Positions 8,055 to 18,538 of a stretch of DNA of 64,000 nucleotides are shown in pieces (positions within the stretch are counted from its first letter, which is position 1; each line of letters begins with the position of its first letter). This DNA is from a virus. The notes below the pieces were generated by a model. The model saw nothing but the letters and a program-made list of their open reading frames with translations, was not told the DNA's origin and made no database searches. A program made the translations under genes and the position numbers. Where the stretch lies: positions 34,977-98,976 of the IMG/VR virus record IMGVR_UViG_3300033145_000788; one strand, given 5' to 3'.

Positions 8055-8604
8055 AGGGGCCAGAAACGAACGGAAGAAGTGCCGGGACTGGTCATTGTGG
8101 TGGTCCGAGGGTCTTGATATCAATCCGCCGAAGGATGATATATTCTACCGGACGGCTGGCTCCGGAAGTAGGGCCAAGTCCAGGGCGAAAAGGGGCAAGG
8201 ATACCCACGGTTCTTATGGGGACATGGGTGCCCTCGACCCCGTGGGTGAGCCATTGATTAAGGCTTTGACATTTGAGTTCAAGAAAGGATACAACAAGGA
8301 GCTAGATTTGCTCTCCCTGCTCGACTCAAGGGGTAAGAAGCCTCTCCTGAAACAATTCCTGGAGCAGGTGTGCGAAGATGCCGAGTTGGCCGGGAACGAT
8401 CCGGCCTTGGTGATCCACCGGGATTACCACTTGCCGGTGATTGTGATTTTAGCTATTCTAATTGATGAGATTCATTGGTATGTGGGTGGTTTTAAGAATG
8501 ATCGCTTTGATTTTTGGTATATGGATAAGGATTTTACCATGATGCGGCTCAAAGATTTCTTTGAGTGGTGTAATCCGCATTTCTTTGTGAGAAGGGGTTT
8601 TTAG
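8047..8604 (+). CDS. Holliday junction resolvase (Hjc-like PD-(D/E)XK)
   Basis: KG..NER, SGS, GD, FEFKKGY motifs; recombination context. Confidence 0.7.
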   Translation: MPKGARNERKKCRDWSLWWSEGLDINPPKDDIFYRTAGSGSRAKSRAKRGKDTHGSYGDMGALDPVGEPLIKALTFEFKKGYNKELDLLSLLDSRGKKPLLKQFLEQVCEDAELAGNDPALVIHRDYHLPVIVILAILIDEIHWYVGGFKNDRFDFWYMDKDFTMMRLKDFFEWCNPHFFVRRGF

Positions 8605-8606
8605 AA

Positions 8607-8900
8607 ATGACTGAACGATTTGGGACATGGAATTTTATAAGACCGGATTGGCGGATAGTTACAAATGGGAAGAAATTTATGATTCAATGTTGTTGGGGGA
8701 TAAATGAATGGAAAGGTTTTGAATTTACGACAACTAATATCTCAGGCGAATTTGACGATTATCTTGGAGCCAAGAAGATTTTTGATCATCTTGTAGAGTT
8801 ATATGGATGTGTGTATGACGTATTGGAAGACCAGGAAAAGAAAAAGTTGTTAGATGATGATATCGGCTGGGACGATCCGATTGTCGTGACGGAATTGTAA
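8607..8900 (+). CDS. Hypothetical protein
   Basis: ORF filling the gap between coupled genes. Confidence 0.45.
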   Translation: MTERFGTWNFIRPDWRIVTNGKKFMIQCCWGINEWKGFEFTTTNISGEFDDYLGAKKIFDHLVELYGCVYDVLEDQEKKKLLDDDIGWDDPIVVTEL

Positions 8901-10015
8901 TGCTCAAGTCTGTTAAAATAACAAATTTCCAAAAGCAGAGAGATCTTGAACTGGAACTCGTCCCCGGCGTCAACGTGCTGGCCGGGAGGAGTGATCTCGG
9001 TAAGTCGGCGGTCGTCAGGGCCGTAGGATGGGCCCTGAGGAACAGGCCACAGGGATTCGGATTCCGATACGATCCGGAGATAGCCAGGGACGGGGGGAAG
9101 AAGCTCAAAAAGGATGATCTGACATCGGTTAATCTCTCCTTTGACAATGGGGAAATCTCTCGACAAAGGAATGAAAAATCAATCAACTCCTATATCGTGA
9201 ACGGCGAGATGCTCGAAGCCCTCCGAGGCGATGTTCCAGAGGAGGTGTCTGGCCTGATAAATATAGAGTCGTGCTGCTTCCAGGACCAGCACGATCCATA
9301 TTTCCTTCTCCAGGATACTCCGGGGGAGGTGGCCCGGAAGCTGAATGAGGTTTCCGGTCTTGACCTGATAAGCCGGGTGATTAAGACCATTAATTCTATG
9401 GCTGCTAAAGCGGAAGCCGAAGCCGCCATGGCAAGGAAGACGGCCGGCGAGAAAGACGGCCGGATACAGGAGCTTGTTTTCCTGGATAAGGTAATTCCTT
9501 TGGCCGAAAAGATACAGGCGGCTCTCGATGAGAGGGATAAATTATCTGCCCAGGAAAAAGAATTGAATGAGATTATAGGGTCACTTGAGGAGATTGACTC
9601 AGACTTGGCTGAAACAAGTGGCTGGCTGGGGATAGAAGAGCCTTTTTTAAGAGTTTGGGCCGGATTGGATAGGTTATATAGGGCTAAGGAAGAACTCTCG
9701 GATTTGGACGATCTAATCACCAGGGCGACCGATGTGGAGGAGTCCCTGGAGAACGAGCGGGCTTGGCTGGCAATAGAGGATGCCGCTAACAAGGTGGCCG
9801 GGATACTGGAAAGGAAGAAAGGGGTTGAGAGAGAATGGGGAGAGCTAGAATCCGTGATACGCAGGTTTGATGATAATGAAGATATGCTGGAGCCGAAGAG
9901 GTTTGAGTTGGAGGGATTGCGGCGGGCCTATGCCGCCCTTTTATTGGAGGCCGGAATCTGCCCTTGGTGCGGGAGTGAGGTTGAAAGGGCGGGATTGGAG
10001 GAACATGTGTTATGA
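8900..10015 (+). CDS. SbcC/Rad50/gp46-like ATPase, N-terminal half
   Basis: LKSVKITNFQ, Walker A GRSDLGKS, Q-loop FQDQHD, coiled coil ending in CPWC zinc hook; no signature or Walker B motif. Confidence 0.85.
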   Translation: MLKSVKITNFQKQRDLELELVPGVNVLAGRSDLGKSAVVRAVGWALRNRPQGFGFRYDPEIARDGGKKLKKDDLTSVNLSFDNGEISRQRNEKSINSYIVNGEMLEALRGDVPEEVSGLINIESCCFQDQHDPYFLLQDTPGEVARKLNEVSGLDLISRVIKTINSMAAKAEAEAAMARKTAGEKDGRIQELVFLDKVIPLAEKIQAALDERDKLSAQEKELNEIIGSLEEIDSDLAETSGWLGIEEPFLRVWAGLDRLYRAKEELSDLDDLITRATDVEESLENERAWLAIEDAANKVAGILERKKGVEREWGELESVIRRFDDNEDMLEPKRFELEGLRRAYAALLLEAGICPWCGSEVERAGLEEHVL

Positions 10016-10124
10016 TGGGAACTGAGCTTATAGATTATTTCTATTGGCAGGGTGCTGGATTTGGAGCCGCTGTTATATTAGTGATTATCATAGCATTTGA
10101 TCTTATAGAATTATTGAGGGATAA

Positions 10125-11036
10125 ATGAAAATCCTCGCCATGCCAGATCTCCATGCCAGGGAGACCGCTCCGAGATGCCGGACGGATGATTATCTTGCGG
10201 CGCTTATGGGGAAGCTGGATTGGGCCGGTAAGTTATCTCAGGACGAGGCGGTTGATGTGGTGGTCTTCCCCGGAGATATATTCGATTCCTGTCGGGCAAG
10301 CGATAACCTGAAAAGGTTGATGATTGATTGCTTTCATTATTCTTTTGACGATGTTATCGGGGTGGCCGGTCAGCATGACCAGAGATATCATACGAAAGAC
10401 TTGAATAATACGCCTCTTGGCGTTTTGCAGGCAGCGGGGGCGATGGCGGTAATCGGAGAATCTGGATTGGAACGGTGGGTGAGAGAGGGTTGCCGGTTTT
10501 ATGGAACCTCCTGGGGGGAGGATATCCCTGAAATAAAATCGGAGGGATTTAACATTCTTGTTATTCATAAGATGATAATCAAAGGATTAAGGGTCTGGCC
10601 GGGACAGACCGATTATTCATTTGCCAAGCGGTTGCTTGAGAAGCATGATTATGACCTGATCATATCGGGAGACAATCACCAGTTTTTCATGGAGGAGTAT
10701 GAGGGCAGATGGTTGATAAATTGCGGCTCTCTGATGAGGCAATCAATAAATCAAGTGAAGTACCATCCGGCCGTGGTGATATTTGATACTGAGATTCGGC
10801 AACCGGAAACATATGAAATCCCGGTCAAGCCGATAGAGGAGGTAATGAAATTGGAAGAAGTAGAGGACGAGAAGGAGAGAAATGAAAAGTTAGAGGAGTT
10901 TGTGTCATCGCTGGGGTCTGATGGCGAGCATATCGAATTGGATTTTTTGAGCAACCTGAAAGCTACCATCCGGAATTCCGGTCTTGGCATTGATGTTGAG
11001 GACGTGATCTGGGAGGCGGTGGGAAAGGAGGAATGA
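10125..11036 (+). CDS. SbcD/Mre11/gp47-like metallophosphoesterase nuclease
   Basis: DLH, GDIFD, GQHD, SGDNH, NCGS motifs. Confidence 0.9.
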   Translation: MKILAMPDLHARETAPRCRTDDYLAALMGKLDWAGKLSQDEAVDVVVFPGDIFDSCRASDNLKRLMIDCFHYSFDDVIGVAGQHDQRYHTKDLNNTPLGVLQAAGAMAVIGESGLERWVREGCRFYGTSWGEDIPEIKSEGFNILVIHKMIIKGLRVWPGQTDYSFAKRLLEKHDYDLIISGDNHQFFMEEYEGRWLINCGSLMRQSINQVKYHPAVVIFDTEIRQPETYEIPVKPIEEVMKLEEVEDEKERNEKLEEFVSSLGSDGEHIELDFLSNLKATIRNSGLGIDVEDVIWEAVGKEE

Positions 11037-11037
11037 G

Positions 11038-11331
11038 ATGGCTTGGTGGTCGTGGATAATTTATATTTTAGGGATGTGGTGTCTTATTGGATTGATGATA
11101 GGTCTTTTTTTAGGAATGATTGTTGCCCCAATGTCTTCATGTTCGGGAGAAACGCCATCTGAATCAACGAAGAGATTGGAGATTTTAGGTTTAATCTTAG
11201 CAGGGCCGTTTATTTGGTTTGTTTTTTTAATGGTTTATCTTGAAGATAGGAAAAAGCCGAAGAAAGATTTGAGCATTCTTTATTATAGGAATTATGAAGA
11301 TTTTAAAAAAGCTAAATGGGAAGGGGAATAA
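11038..11331 (+). CDS. Hypothetical membrane protein
   Basis: Two hydrophobic segments. Confidence 0.5.
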   Translation: MAWWSWIIYILGMWCLIGLMIGLFLGMIVAPMSSCSGETPSESTKRLEILGLILAGPFIWFVFLMVYLEDRKKPKKDLSILYYRNYEDFKKAKWEGE

Positions 11332-11525
11332 TGAAAACTCTCACAGTTATGGGCAAGATATTGTTTTGTTGACTCTAAAGGGAGCTATTTTGAACGGAAT
11401 TTGTCCTGAACTTGCAAAGAGGTGTGTTGAATTTTGCCGAGATTCGATAGAAAAGAGTAAAGGTGAAAAACCGATATATGATAAATTTGATATAAACGAG
11501 GAAAAAATTATAGTAAGGAACAACC

Positions 11526-11765
11526 ATGACTGACATAGCCAGAGACCTTGAGAAGCTGAAGGGCGAAATCGAGAAGGCAAAGACCGACGTGGCCCGGATG
11601 GAGGGACAAAGGGATGAACTTTTGTCCTCGTTACGGGGAAAACATAACTGCAAGACGATTGAGGCCGCCCGGACGCTTGCGGACAACAAGAGGAAGAAGA
11701 AGGAGAAGCTGGATGCCGAGGTCGAGGAGGGATACCGGGAGCTGAAGGAGCAGTATGAGTGGTGA
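11526..11765 (+). CDS. Short coiled-coil protein (possibly associated with split SbcC)
   Basis: Heptad-rich 79 aa; RBS AAGGA. Confidence 0.5.
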   Translation: MTDIARDLEKLKGEIEKAKTDVARMEGQRDELLSSLRGKHNCKTIEAARTLADNKRKKKEKLDAEVEEGYRELKEQYEW

Positions 11766-11913
11766 AAACGGCGGCATGGTAAGGTCTAGACGATCAATAA
11801 AAACTAATCTTGGTTTAGTGAGCATGCTTCCCATAGCAATGTTTGGGGGATCGGGATTATAGGGTGGAGAATCGGGAATCCCTGCTTGTCATGCCGCTAT
11901 TAGATAGGAGGGA

Positions 11914-12207
11914 ATGATGGATAAGGAAAGAACAATGACTAAATTCTGGAAAAAAGTCAATAAATGTGAGCATAAGAACTTGAGTCCTGATTATTGTGTG
12001 ATGATAAGTTGTTCCACTCCATATTGCCACGGAGGGGCAGAGGTTCATTGTCTTGATTGCGGTGCTTATATAACAGAATGTCCTTGCGGGGCCAACGATG
12101 GCATGTCGGGATGGTCAGAAGAACGTCATAAAAATTACGTGAAAAAACGAAGCAAGAGAATTAATCAGAATCTTGGTTATGTGAATGCAATCAAGAGAAC
12201 ATATTAA
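11914..12207 (+). CDS. Cys-rich hypothetical protein
   Basis: CEH, CSTPYC, CLDC, CPC motifs; RBS GGAGG. Confidence 0.5.
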   Translation: MMDKERTMTKFWKKVNKCEHKNLSPDYCVMISCSTPYCHGGAEVHCLDCGAYITECPCGANDGMSGWSEERHKNYVKKRSKRINQNLGYVNAIKRTY

Positions 12208-12208
12208 A

Positions 12209-12796
12209 ATGTTTAACCTCCAGGACTTCAAGCGCATTCAGGACAAGGCCTCCACCCTCCAAGCCGAGAGGCAGTATCTCATAAAGGAGTTGCGAATCGA
12301 GAGGGAGAAGGAGGCGAAATGGTCTAAGCGCCACGGTGATTGTCTTAAGGGGAGAGCCGTGATACAGGAGGCCGCAAAGGCGACGCAGGTTAACCTGGAG
12401 CGCCGGATCGGGGACCTGGTGACGACGGCCTTGGAGGGGGTGTTTCCGGATGACCCGTATGAGTTCAGGCTCAAGTTTGAGGTCAGGCGGAATCGGACCG
12501 AATGCGATATATGGTTTGTAAAAAACGGGAAAGAGATGGACCCGATGCTTGATTCCGGGGGCGGGCCGAAGGACGTGGCCAGTTTTGCGGCCCGGCTGGC
12601 GTTCTGGTCTTTGCGGAAGTCTCGGCCTTTGGTGATCCTGGATGAGCCGTTCAAGTTTCTCCATTCGCCGGAATACCAGAGGAATTGCTCAGACATGATA
12701 GGGATGCTTTCTGAGAAGCTGGGAATGCAGATGCTGATCGTGACTGACCAGCGAAATATCGAGGGGGACAGGATATTTGATTTGGAGGAGATGTAA
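12209..12796 (+). CDS. SbcC/Rad50-like ATPase, C-terminal half
   Basis: Coiled coil, then ABC signature SGGG, Walker B LVILDEP and H-loop-like QMLIVTD. Confidence 0.85.
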   Translation: MFNLQDFKRIQDKASTLQAERQYLIKELRIEREKEAKWSKRHGDCLKGRAVIQEAAKATQVNLERRIGDLVTTALEGVFPDDPYEFRLKFEVRRNRTECDIWFVKNGKEMDPMLDSGGGPKDVASFAARLAFWSLRKSRPLVILDEPFKFLHSPEYQRNCSDMIGMLSEKLGMQMLIVTDQRNIEGDRIFDLEEM

Positions 12797-13176
12797 TGAC
12801 TGTAGAATGTACTTGTAAAAAATGGAAAGAATGGCAACCGGTATTTAAGGGTAGGGATATTGTTCTATTGCAACATAATATGCCCTATGAAGGTCCAGTG
12901 TTTGCTTATTGTCCTTGGTGTGGAAAAAAACTAAAGGAAGTCGGAAAAGACTTAAAAACTGACGATGTTAACCATCCGGAGCACTATAACAAGCATCCTT
13001 CCGGAGTCGAGTGCATTGACATCATAGAGCATATGGCTTTTAATCCAGGGACGGCGGTCAAGTACATCTGGCGGGCCGGGTTGAAGGATGCCGATGTGAT
13101 CAAAGATCTCCGGAAGGCCGAGTGGTATATAAAACGAGAGATCGAGAGGATAGGGAAGGATGGCAAAAACCAATAA
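12796..13176 (+). CDS. DUF3310 family protein with N-terminal Zn ribbon
   Basis: VNHPEHY...GVECID...KYIWRAGLK...DLRKAEWYI. Confidence 0.85.
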   Translation: MTVECTCKKWKEWQPVFKGRDIVLLQHNMPYEGPVFAYCPWCGKKLKEVGKDLKTDDVNHPEHYNKHPSGVECIDIIEHMAFNPGTAVKYIWRAGLKDADVIKDLRKAEWYIKREIERIGKDGKNQ

Positions 13177-13397
13177 AATAATTCATACGCCTTATGCCCA
13201 TGTAGGCCATATTCATAAATGTGGCTGTTTTACTGATCAGTATAAAATTTTATTGGCTAATCAAGGAGAACATATTATGGAGATGGCGGTGTGTAAATGT
13301 GGGGCGGCATATGAATGGGCTGAAGTTATTACGTTTGCTTTTTTTGAATGTTATGATTGTGGTAGAGCGGCAAGATGAGAGGAAAGGAGAATGAAAA

Positions 13398-13673
13398 ATG
13401 ATTTATCTTGATGCCCAAAGGGCGGCGGAAAGATTTGCCCCGATTTTTGAAAAGATGGGGTGGACGTGGAGGGGGAAAGATGGGAATCATTATGTTCCTC
13501 TTGAAGCACAAATTTGTCAACGATTAATCCAGTTGAGAAGTGATATTATTTCTGATGATTGTCTAATGAGTGGTACTGGGAGATTAGAAGCTGTTAAAAT
13601 GGATAAGGAACGAATTTGTTTTAGATTAGACCCTGGAAGCGAGAGTGAGTGGGATAAACAATATGCCGGATAA
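13398..13673 (+). CDS. Hypothetical protein
   Basis: ORF with AAGGAG RBS. Confidence 0.5.
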   Translation: MIYLDAQRAAERFAPIFEKMGWTWRGKDGNHYVPLEAQICQRLIQLRSDIISDDCLMSGTGRLEAVKMDKERICFRLDPGSESEWDKQYAG

Positions 13674-14787
13674 CGACAAAATCACGGAATCGGTAATCAT
13701 CCATCTGATTGAGACCTATGGCAACTTGGCGAACCAGCAGAGGTTTAATCTGGCCAAGCATTGCGTAAGGACCGGCCAAATAAACAGGGGCCACAGTCAA
13801 CTTATGAAGGTTTTGGAAAACAATTCAAATCACGTTGAGGCCAGAAGGTTAATGGAGCTGATGCTCTTTGGGCCAGTGTGGCCGGTGCAGTTGTGCATCG
13901 AGCCGACAAACGAATGCCATGTCGGATGCCCTGGATGTGGGGGCCGGGACGGGGAGATCGGATACATGGACCTGGACCTCTTTAGGACTCTAATGTTGGA
14001 GGTCGCCCCGCATCTCCGGATTCTGGCCCTACATAATCGGGGTGAGTCGTTTCACCATCCTAAGATTTATGACTTCTTGGATGTAGTCGGACAATTCAAG
14101 CATATTTCAACATACATCCATACGGCCGGGCATCTTCCCTTGGATGCTGAGAGGATAGTCCGGGCTCAGGTGCCGACAGAGTTAGTGTTTAGCCTTGATG
14201 GGTTTACGGAGAAGACGCATAGGAAGTATAGAATCGGAGCCGACTTCCAAATTGCGATAGACAATATCAAGAGACTGAAGAAGGAGAAGCGTAAGCTGAA
14301 CGTTGATAAGCCGAAGATCGTCTGGAAATATATTATGATGGGAACGAATGAGCGTGAGGTTAGGCAGGCGATGGGGTTAGCAGCCGAACTCGGATGCGAT
14401 GAGTTCCGGATGGCCCCTTTTGCGGTTGGGTGGAAGACGATAGAGGGCAAGGTGGATGCCTATTTGAAGAAGTTTCTGCCTTCAGATGATAGGAATCTGA
14501 GGAATGACCGTGAGGCTTTGATGCAGGGAAAGATTGTAAAGGCGGGAAGGAAGCCGGGCGAGCCGTTTAATTGTATGGTGGTGCATAACTCGACCGCCAT
14601 CCGGTGGGACGGGAAGGTCTTGCCCTGTTGCAATTGCCTTGAGCCGTATCAGCAGGTCATGGGGGTGTACGGGCCGGGGATGAAGTTCAAGGATATCTGG
14701 GATAGTACCGGGTTCCGGTCGTTCCGGAAGGCGGCTGTCTTGGATGCCAGGAGGCTGAAACCTTGTAGCATGTGCCATATGATTTAA
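13663..14787 (+). CDS. Radical SAM / SPASM protein
   Basis: CxxxCxxC (CHVGCPGC), GES, SLDG; C-terminal C...DGKVLPCC...IW...CSMC SPASM/twitch. Confidence 0.9.
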   Translation: MPDNDKITESVIIHLIETYGNLANQQRFNLAKHCVRTGQINRGHSQLMKVLENNSNHVEARRLMELMLFGPVWPVQLCIEPTNECHVGCPGCGGRDGEIGYMDLDLFRTLMLEVAPHLRILALHNRGESFHHPKIYDFLDVVGQFKHISTYIHTAGHLPLDAERIVRAQVPTELVFSLDGFTEKTHRKYRIGADFQIAIDNIKRLKKEKRKLNVDKPKIVWKYIMMGTNEREVRQAMGLAAELGCDEFRMAPFAVGWKTIEGKVDAYLKKFLPSDDRNLRNDREALMQGKIVKAGRKPGEPFNCMVVHNSTAIRWDGKVLPCCNCLEPYQQVMGVYGPGMKFKDIWDSTGFRSFRKAAVLDARRLKPCSMCHMI

Positions 14788-15123
14788 GAGGATGTGAAAT
14801 GATGGATGGGAATCTTTTTCAGGAAGCGATGGCCATTATAGCAGGATGTACAGTTGGTATTCTTTTGTTTCTTGTAGTTATTTTTATTTTGTTGGCGGTT
14901 TTAGAGGACAGGTTAAGTCGAATTATCAAACTTTTGGAGAAGATAGGAGGATGAGATGAGCGAGTGTAAAATTTGTGGGAATGAAGGAAGAGACGTAATG
15001 GGAAAAAGATCGAAAGAAGATAGATGTAGAAGAAATAAATAACCTTGCCCATCGTGTGTATTATATAAGTAAGGCTTGGGTTGCAACTCAGATAAGATAT
15101 AGAGCAAAGGATAATACAAAGGG

Positions 15124-16338
15124 ATGATCAGAATGAAAATGAAAGTACTCCATGCCCCTTTTGAGATAGCTGGAAATATGGCGAGGATCACCAAGCATCT
15201 TCGCAAAGCCGGGGTTGATGCCACATCTGTGAATTATTATAATACTTGGTTTGACTACAAGTGCGATATGAACTTGGGGATAAATGAACTCCCGGAGCGT
15301 GAGGCCCGAAATGAGGTGGAAAGATTTACTAAAGAGGCGATGGATAAGTATGATATCTTTCATTTCCATTTCGCCCATTCCCTAAAGCCTGATATGAGTG
15401 ATTTGGAGGAGCTGAAGAAAAGAGGGAAGAAAATCCTCTTTTCGTTCTGGGGGAGTGATCAACGGGGTTTTGAATGGATCATGTATAGTCAAGCTAAATT
15501 CTTGGGCTACGATCCTCCAAAACCTTACCTCTGGCCTTTGGCACTCTATGCAAAGCACAAGGTTATAAACGCCTATGCCGATGTCATTTTTGCCCATTAT
15601 GCCGTTCCTCGCGGCCTGACTCCAAAGGGGATAATAGACACCTCAGAGTGGACCTTGGAAAAGAAAGAGGAATATGCTTCACGAGTCAAGTTGAAGAAAA
15701 ACCCTAATACGACTTATTTTGTCCATGCGCCGTCTGACCGTTTTAAAAAGGGGACGCCTCTGATTGAATCACTTTTCAATAAGTGTAAGGATAAGGGCTT
15801 GCCGATTGAGTTGCTTATGGTCGAGAGGCAGACCCCAGATCAGGCAAAGGAAATATATTCCCAAGCGGATTTTGCCTTGGAGCAGGTAGGGCCTGGGACA
15901 TTTGGTCTGTTCGGAGCGGAGATGATGTGTTGGGGAATTCCGGTGCTCGTCTATCATACGCCATTGCTTGACCGGATACGAAATTATCCTCCAGTGATAA
16001 GGATGACCGGGGATAGTTTTGAGGAGGAGATTAGAGAATGCATTGAGATGAAAATGAAAGGGTCAAACATGGAGGCGATGAAAGAAGGAGTCCGTACTTG
16101 GGCAATAGAGAATCTTGATATCAGTTTGGGAATAGAGATGTATAAGGATATCTACACTCGCCTGATGAATGGGGAGACGATTAAGCAATATCCTAATCCG
16201 GTTTGGTATCGGGAGGAACTGCGATTGTTGAAGGGGGTCAAGTCGGACTTCTACAAATATATGTTTGATAATGGAATCTTTGCCAAGCTTGGCTTGGTGA
16301 TTAACGATGCCGATTATGATAGGAGATGTTACAATTGA
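15124..16338 (+). CDS. GT-B fold glycosyltransferase
   Basis: KVLHAPFEIAG, DIFHFHF, WGSD, HAPSDRFKKGT, EMMCWGIPV. Confidence 0.85.
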   Translation: MIRMKMKVLHAPFEIAGNMARITKHLRKAGVDATSVNYYNTWFDYKCDMNLGINELPEREARNEVERFTKEAMDKYDIFHFHFAHSLKPDMSDLEELKKRGKKILFSFWGSDQRGFEWIMYSQAKFLGYDPPKPYLWPLALYAKHKVINAYADVIFAHYAVPRGLTPKGIIDTSEWTLEKKEEYASRVKLKKNPNTTYFVHAPSDRFKKGTPLIESLFNKCKDKGLPIELLMVERQTPDQAKEIYSQADFALEQVGPGTFGLFGAEMMCWGIPVLVYHTPLLDRIRNYPPVIRMTGDSFEEEIRECIEMKMKGSNMEAMKEGVRTWAIENLDISLGIEMYKDIYTRLMNGETIKQYPNPVWYREELRLLKGVKSDFYKYMFDNGIFAKLGLVINDADYDRRCYN

Positions 16339-16913
16339 ATAAAAAAGCAAACAGATTACAAACGGGAAATGGAAATCAAATATCAACATGTTTTAAACAT
16401 GGAGATGGATTCAGTGTAGGGAGGTTTTGTACTATTAAAAACGATGTAATTATTGGAGACAACGTCACTATCGGTGATTATTGTAAGGTTATGCATGGGG
16501 CGAGAATCGGTAATAATGTTGTCATAATGGATTATGTTAAACTAATGCCCGGCACGGTCATTGGTCATAACTGCAAACTTGACGATTATGTCAATACATC
16601 AGGATATTGCCGAATTGGGAATAACGTTAGGATCAAGCGGATGAGCGTGATTGCACAGGGTTGTGTCATTGAGGATGACGTTCAGATCATGGTGGATGTC
16701 TCGACTATCCGTATCAAGCGGCCCGGAGAAGAGGAGCGGCCGGTTGTGTTTGGTCGGGGTTGCTTTATAGGAACTAAGGCCTGTATCCATGCGGGGGTGA
16801 GGATCGGGCATCATGCCATTATTGGAGCCGGGGCGAATGTGCTTAAGGATTGTGAGCCTTATGGTATTTACGTGGGTAATCCGGCCAAATTCATACGATA
16901 TCAAAAGGGGTAG
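16326..16913 (+). CDS. Hexapeptide-repeat (left-handed beta-helix) sugar acyltransferase
   Basis: Repeated IGxNVxI hexads; IGAGANV, VGNPAK. Confidence 0.9.
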   Translation: MLQLNKKANRLQTGNGNQISTCFKHGDGFSVGRFCTIKNDVIIGDNVTIGDYCKVMHGARIGNNVVIMDYVKLMPGTVIGHNCKLDDYVNTSGYCRIGNNVRIKRMSVIAQGCVIEDDVQIMVDVSTIRIKRPGEEERPVVFGRGCFIGTKACIHAGVRIGHHAIIGAGANVLKDCEPYGIYVGNPAKFIRYQKG

Positions 16914-16915
16914 GC

Positions 16916-17722
16916 ATGACAATTAAAATTGAGAGAGTACCATATCTGACCGAATATTGGGGATTTCCTATGGGCCGGATCAGTGGACTGGATGAAGCGA
17001 AAACTATCAGTGAGGATTTTGCCGAGTATCTTGTTGAACAATTCTTATTACAAGCAAAGAATGAGGGTTGGAAGTTCATTGATACTAATTTATCCATAGA
17101 AAATACAATCTTTGCTGAGGCCCTTGTTTGTCATGGATTCTATCCGGTGCAAGGATTTATACAGCTTGATGCTACCACGGATAGAGGGTGGGTGCCGACT
17201 GGAATGAATAATCCCATGATATCCATACGCCGAATAAAGGAAAGTGATTTTTCTTGGATTAAAGAGGCTTATAGTTTGGTGGACTTCCCGAATCATTTTG
17301 TTGATGATGGTGGATTTAATAAGACAAAGGCCATGATGCTTTATGTCCGGCGATATCGGGAAGTTTATGAGAAGCGGTTGGGAGAAGTTTTTGTGGCTGA
17401 CATAGAGGACCGGCCTGCCGGTGCTCTTATTGCCATTGTTGATAAAGAAAAAAACACGAACCTCATGTCTGGTCTGGGGATTATCGTGCATCCTTGGGCA
17501 CAGAGGCAGCGGGTAGCCCAGACCCTTATAGCCTACCGGCAAGGGTGGTATCAGCGGCAGGGTGTTAAACGGGTGAGTTTTGGAGTGAGTATAGCAAATA
17601 GGAAAATAATAAATTGTATGGCTCAAATGGGATTTAAGATCGGAGTTTCAACTTTGACTTTTCATAAATGGATAAAGGAGAAACAATATGGACACCAGCG
17701 AACAATACATAAAGATGTGTGA
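16916..17722 (+). CDS. GNAT acetyltransferase (WecD/RffC-like)
   Basis: C-terminal VHPWAQRQRVA acetyl-CoA motif; N...GF motif. Confidence 0.7.
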   Translation: MTIKIERVPYLTEYWGFPMGRISGLDEAKTISEDFAEYLVEQFLLQAKNEGWKFIDTNLSIENTIFAEALVCHGFYPVQGFIQLDATTDRGWVPTGMNNPMISIRRIKESDFSWIKEAYSLVDFPNHFVDDGGFNKTKAMMLYVRRYREVYEKRLGEVFVADIEDRPAGALIAIVDKEKNTNLMSGLGIIVHPWAQRQRVAQTLIAYRQGWYQRQGVKRVSFGVSIANRKIINCMAQMGFKIGVSTLTFHKWIKEKQYGHQRTIHKDV

Positions 17723-18197
17723 TTGCCGGGAGATTCAAGATGGATGGATGTCTAGGGCCGGGGATTATGTTTTTGGACCAGAGATGATGGAGGGATATGG
17801 TTATGGCTGTGAAAAGACCCCAGAATCAACTTTTTGGATTTTTAATTTCTCTACCCTTGAAGATGAAGATGGGATTGATCCCCGTATATCAGAAAAACCG
17901 CTTGTCGCAGTCGAGAATTATGCGGGTGATTGGTGTAGCGGGCCAATACCCATTGAGTTAATTACTTGGCTTCCTCATCAACACCAGATTCAGGAGATGG
18001 TATCAAATTATTTGGAAGGGCAAATTAACCTTCTTTTGGATTATCTGCCGACCATGAAATTGGTGGGTGGCGGTAAGAGAAGAAAGATAGATGAAGCTGC
18101 TTATGATTCATGGGAACAACTTTGGTTGTGCATTTATATGCACGAGAAACATAATAAGACCTGGGATGGTGATAAATGGAAGGAGATAGACAAATAA
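17688..18197 (+). CDS. Phage hypothetical protein
   Basis: YIKMC...WLPHQHQIQEM...SWEQLWL...WDGDKW. Confidence 0.6.
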   Translation: MDTSEQYIKMCDCREIQDGWMSRAGDYVFGPEMMEGYGYGCEKTPESTFWIFNFSTLEDEDGIDPRISEKPLVAVENYAGDWCSGPIPIELITWLPHQHQIQEMVSNYLEGQINLLLDYLPTMKLVGGGKRRKIDEAAYDSWEQLWLCIYMHEKHNKTWDGDKWKEIDK

Positions 18198-18538
18198 TGC
18201 CAAAACCGGGATGGGTCAAGACGACAACGATGGTGGACCAAAGAGTCTCAGTAGATCAGAATACGATTAAAGAGGCCCGGGAATCCGGAACAGAGATAAG
18301 GGTACTTCAGTCCATCCAGGTGACTGCGGCCGGGACACCGGAGGAGATGATATGGAAGATCCTCCAAGAGTTGCCGGAGCCCCGGTTCAGGAACATACTG
18401 GACCTGATCCGGACGGTGGCGCTTGCCCATTTCCCGTCGCAACGCCAGACGGCCGAATTCCTGGCGGTGTCCAAGGATTATTTCCGGCCGCATCTGAGGC
18501 GGATTGAACATAAGGAGGTGAATGATGGAAAGAATTGA
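18197..18538 (+). CDS. Putative HTH protein
   Basis: SQRQTAEFLAVS Fis-like HTH. Confidence 0.45.
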   Translation: MPKPGWVKTTTMVDQRVSVDQNTIKEARESGTEIRVLQSIQVTAAGTPEEMIWKILQELPEPRFRNILDLIRTVALAHFPSQRQTAEFLAVSKDYFRPHLRRIEHKEVNDGKN

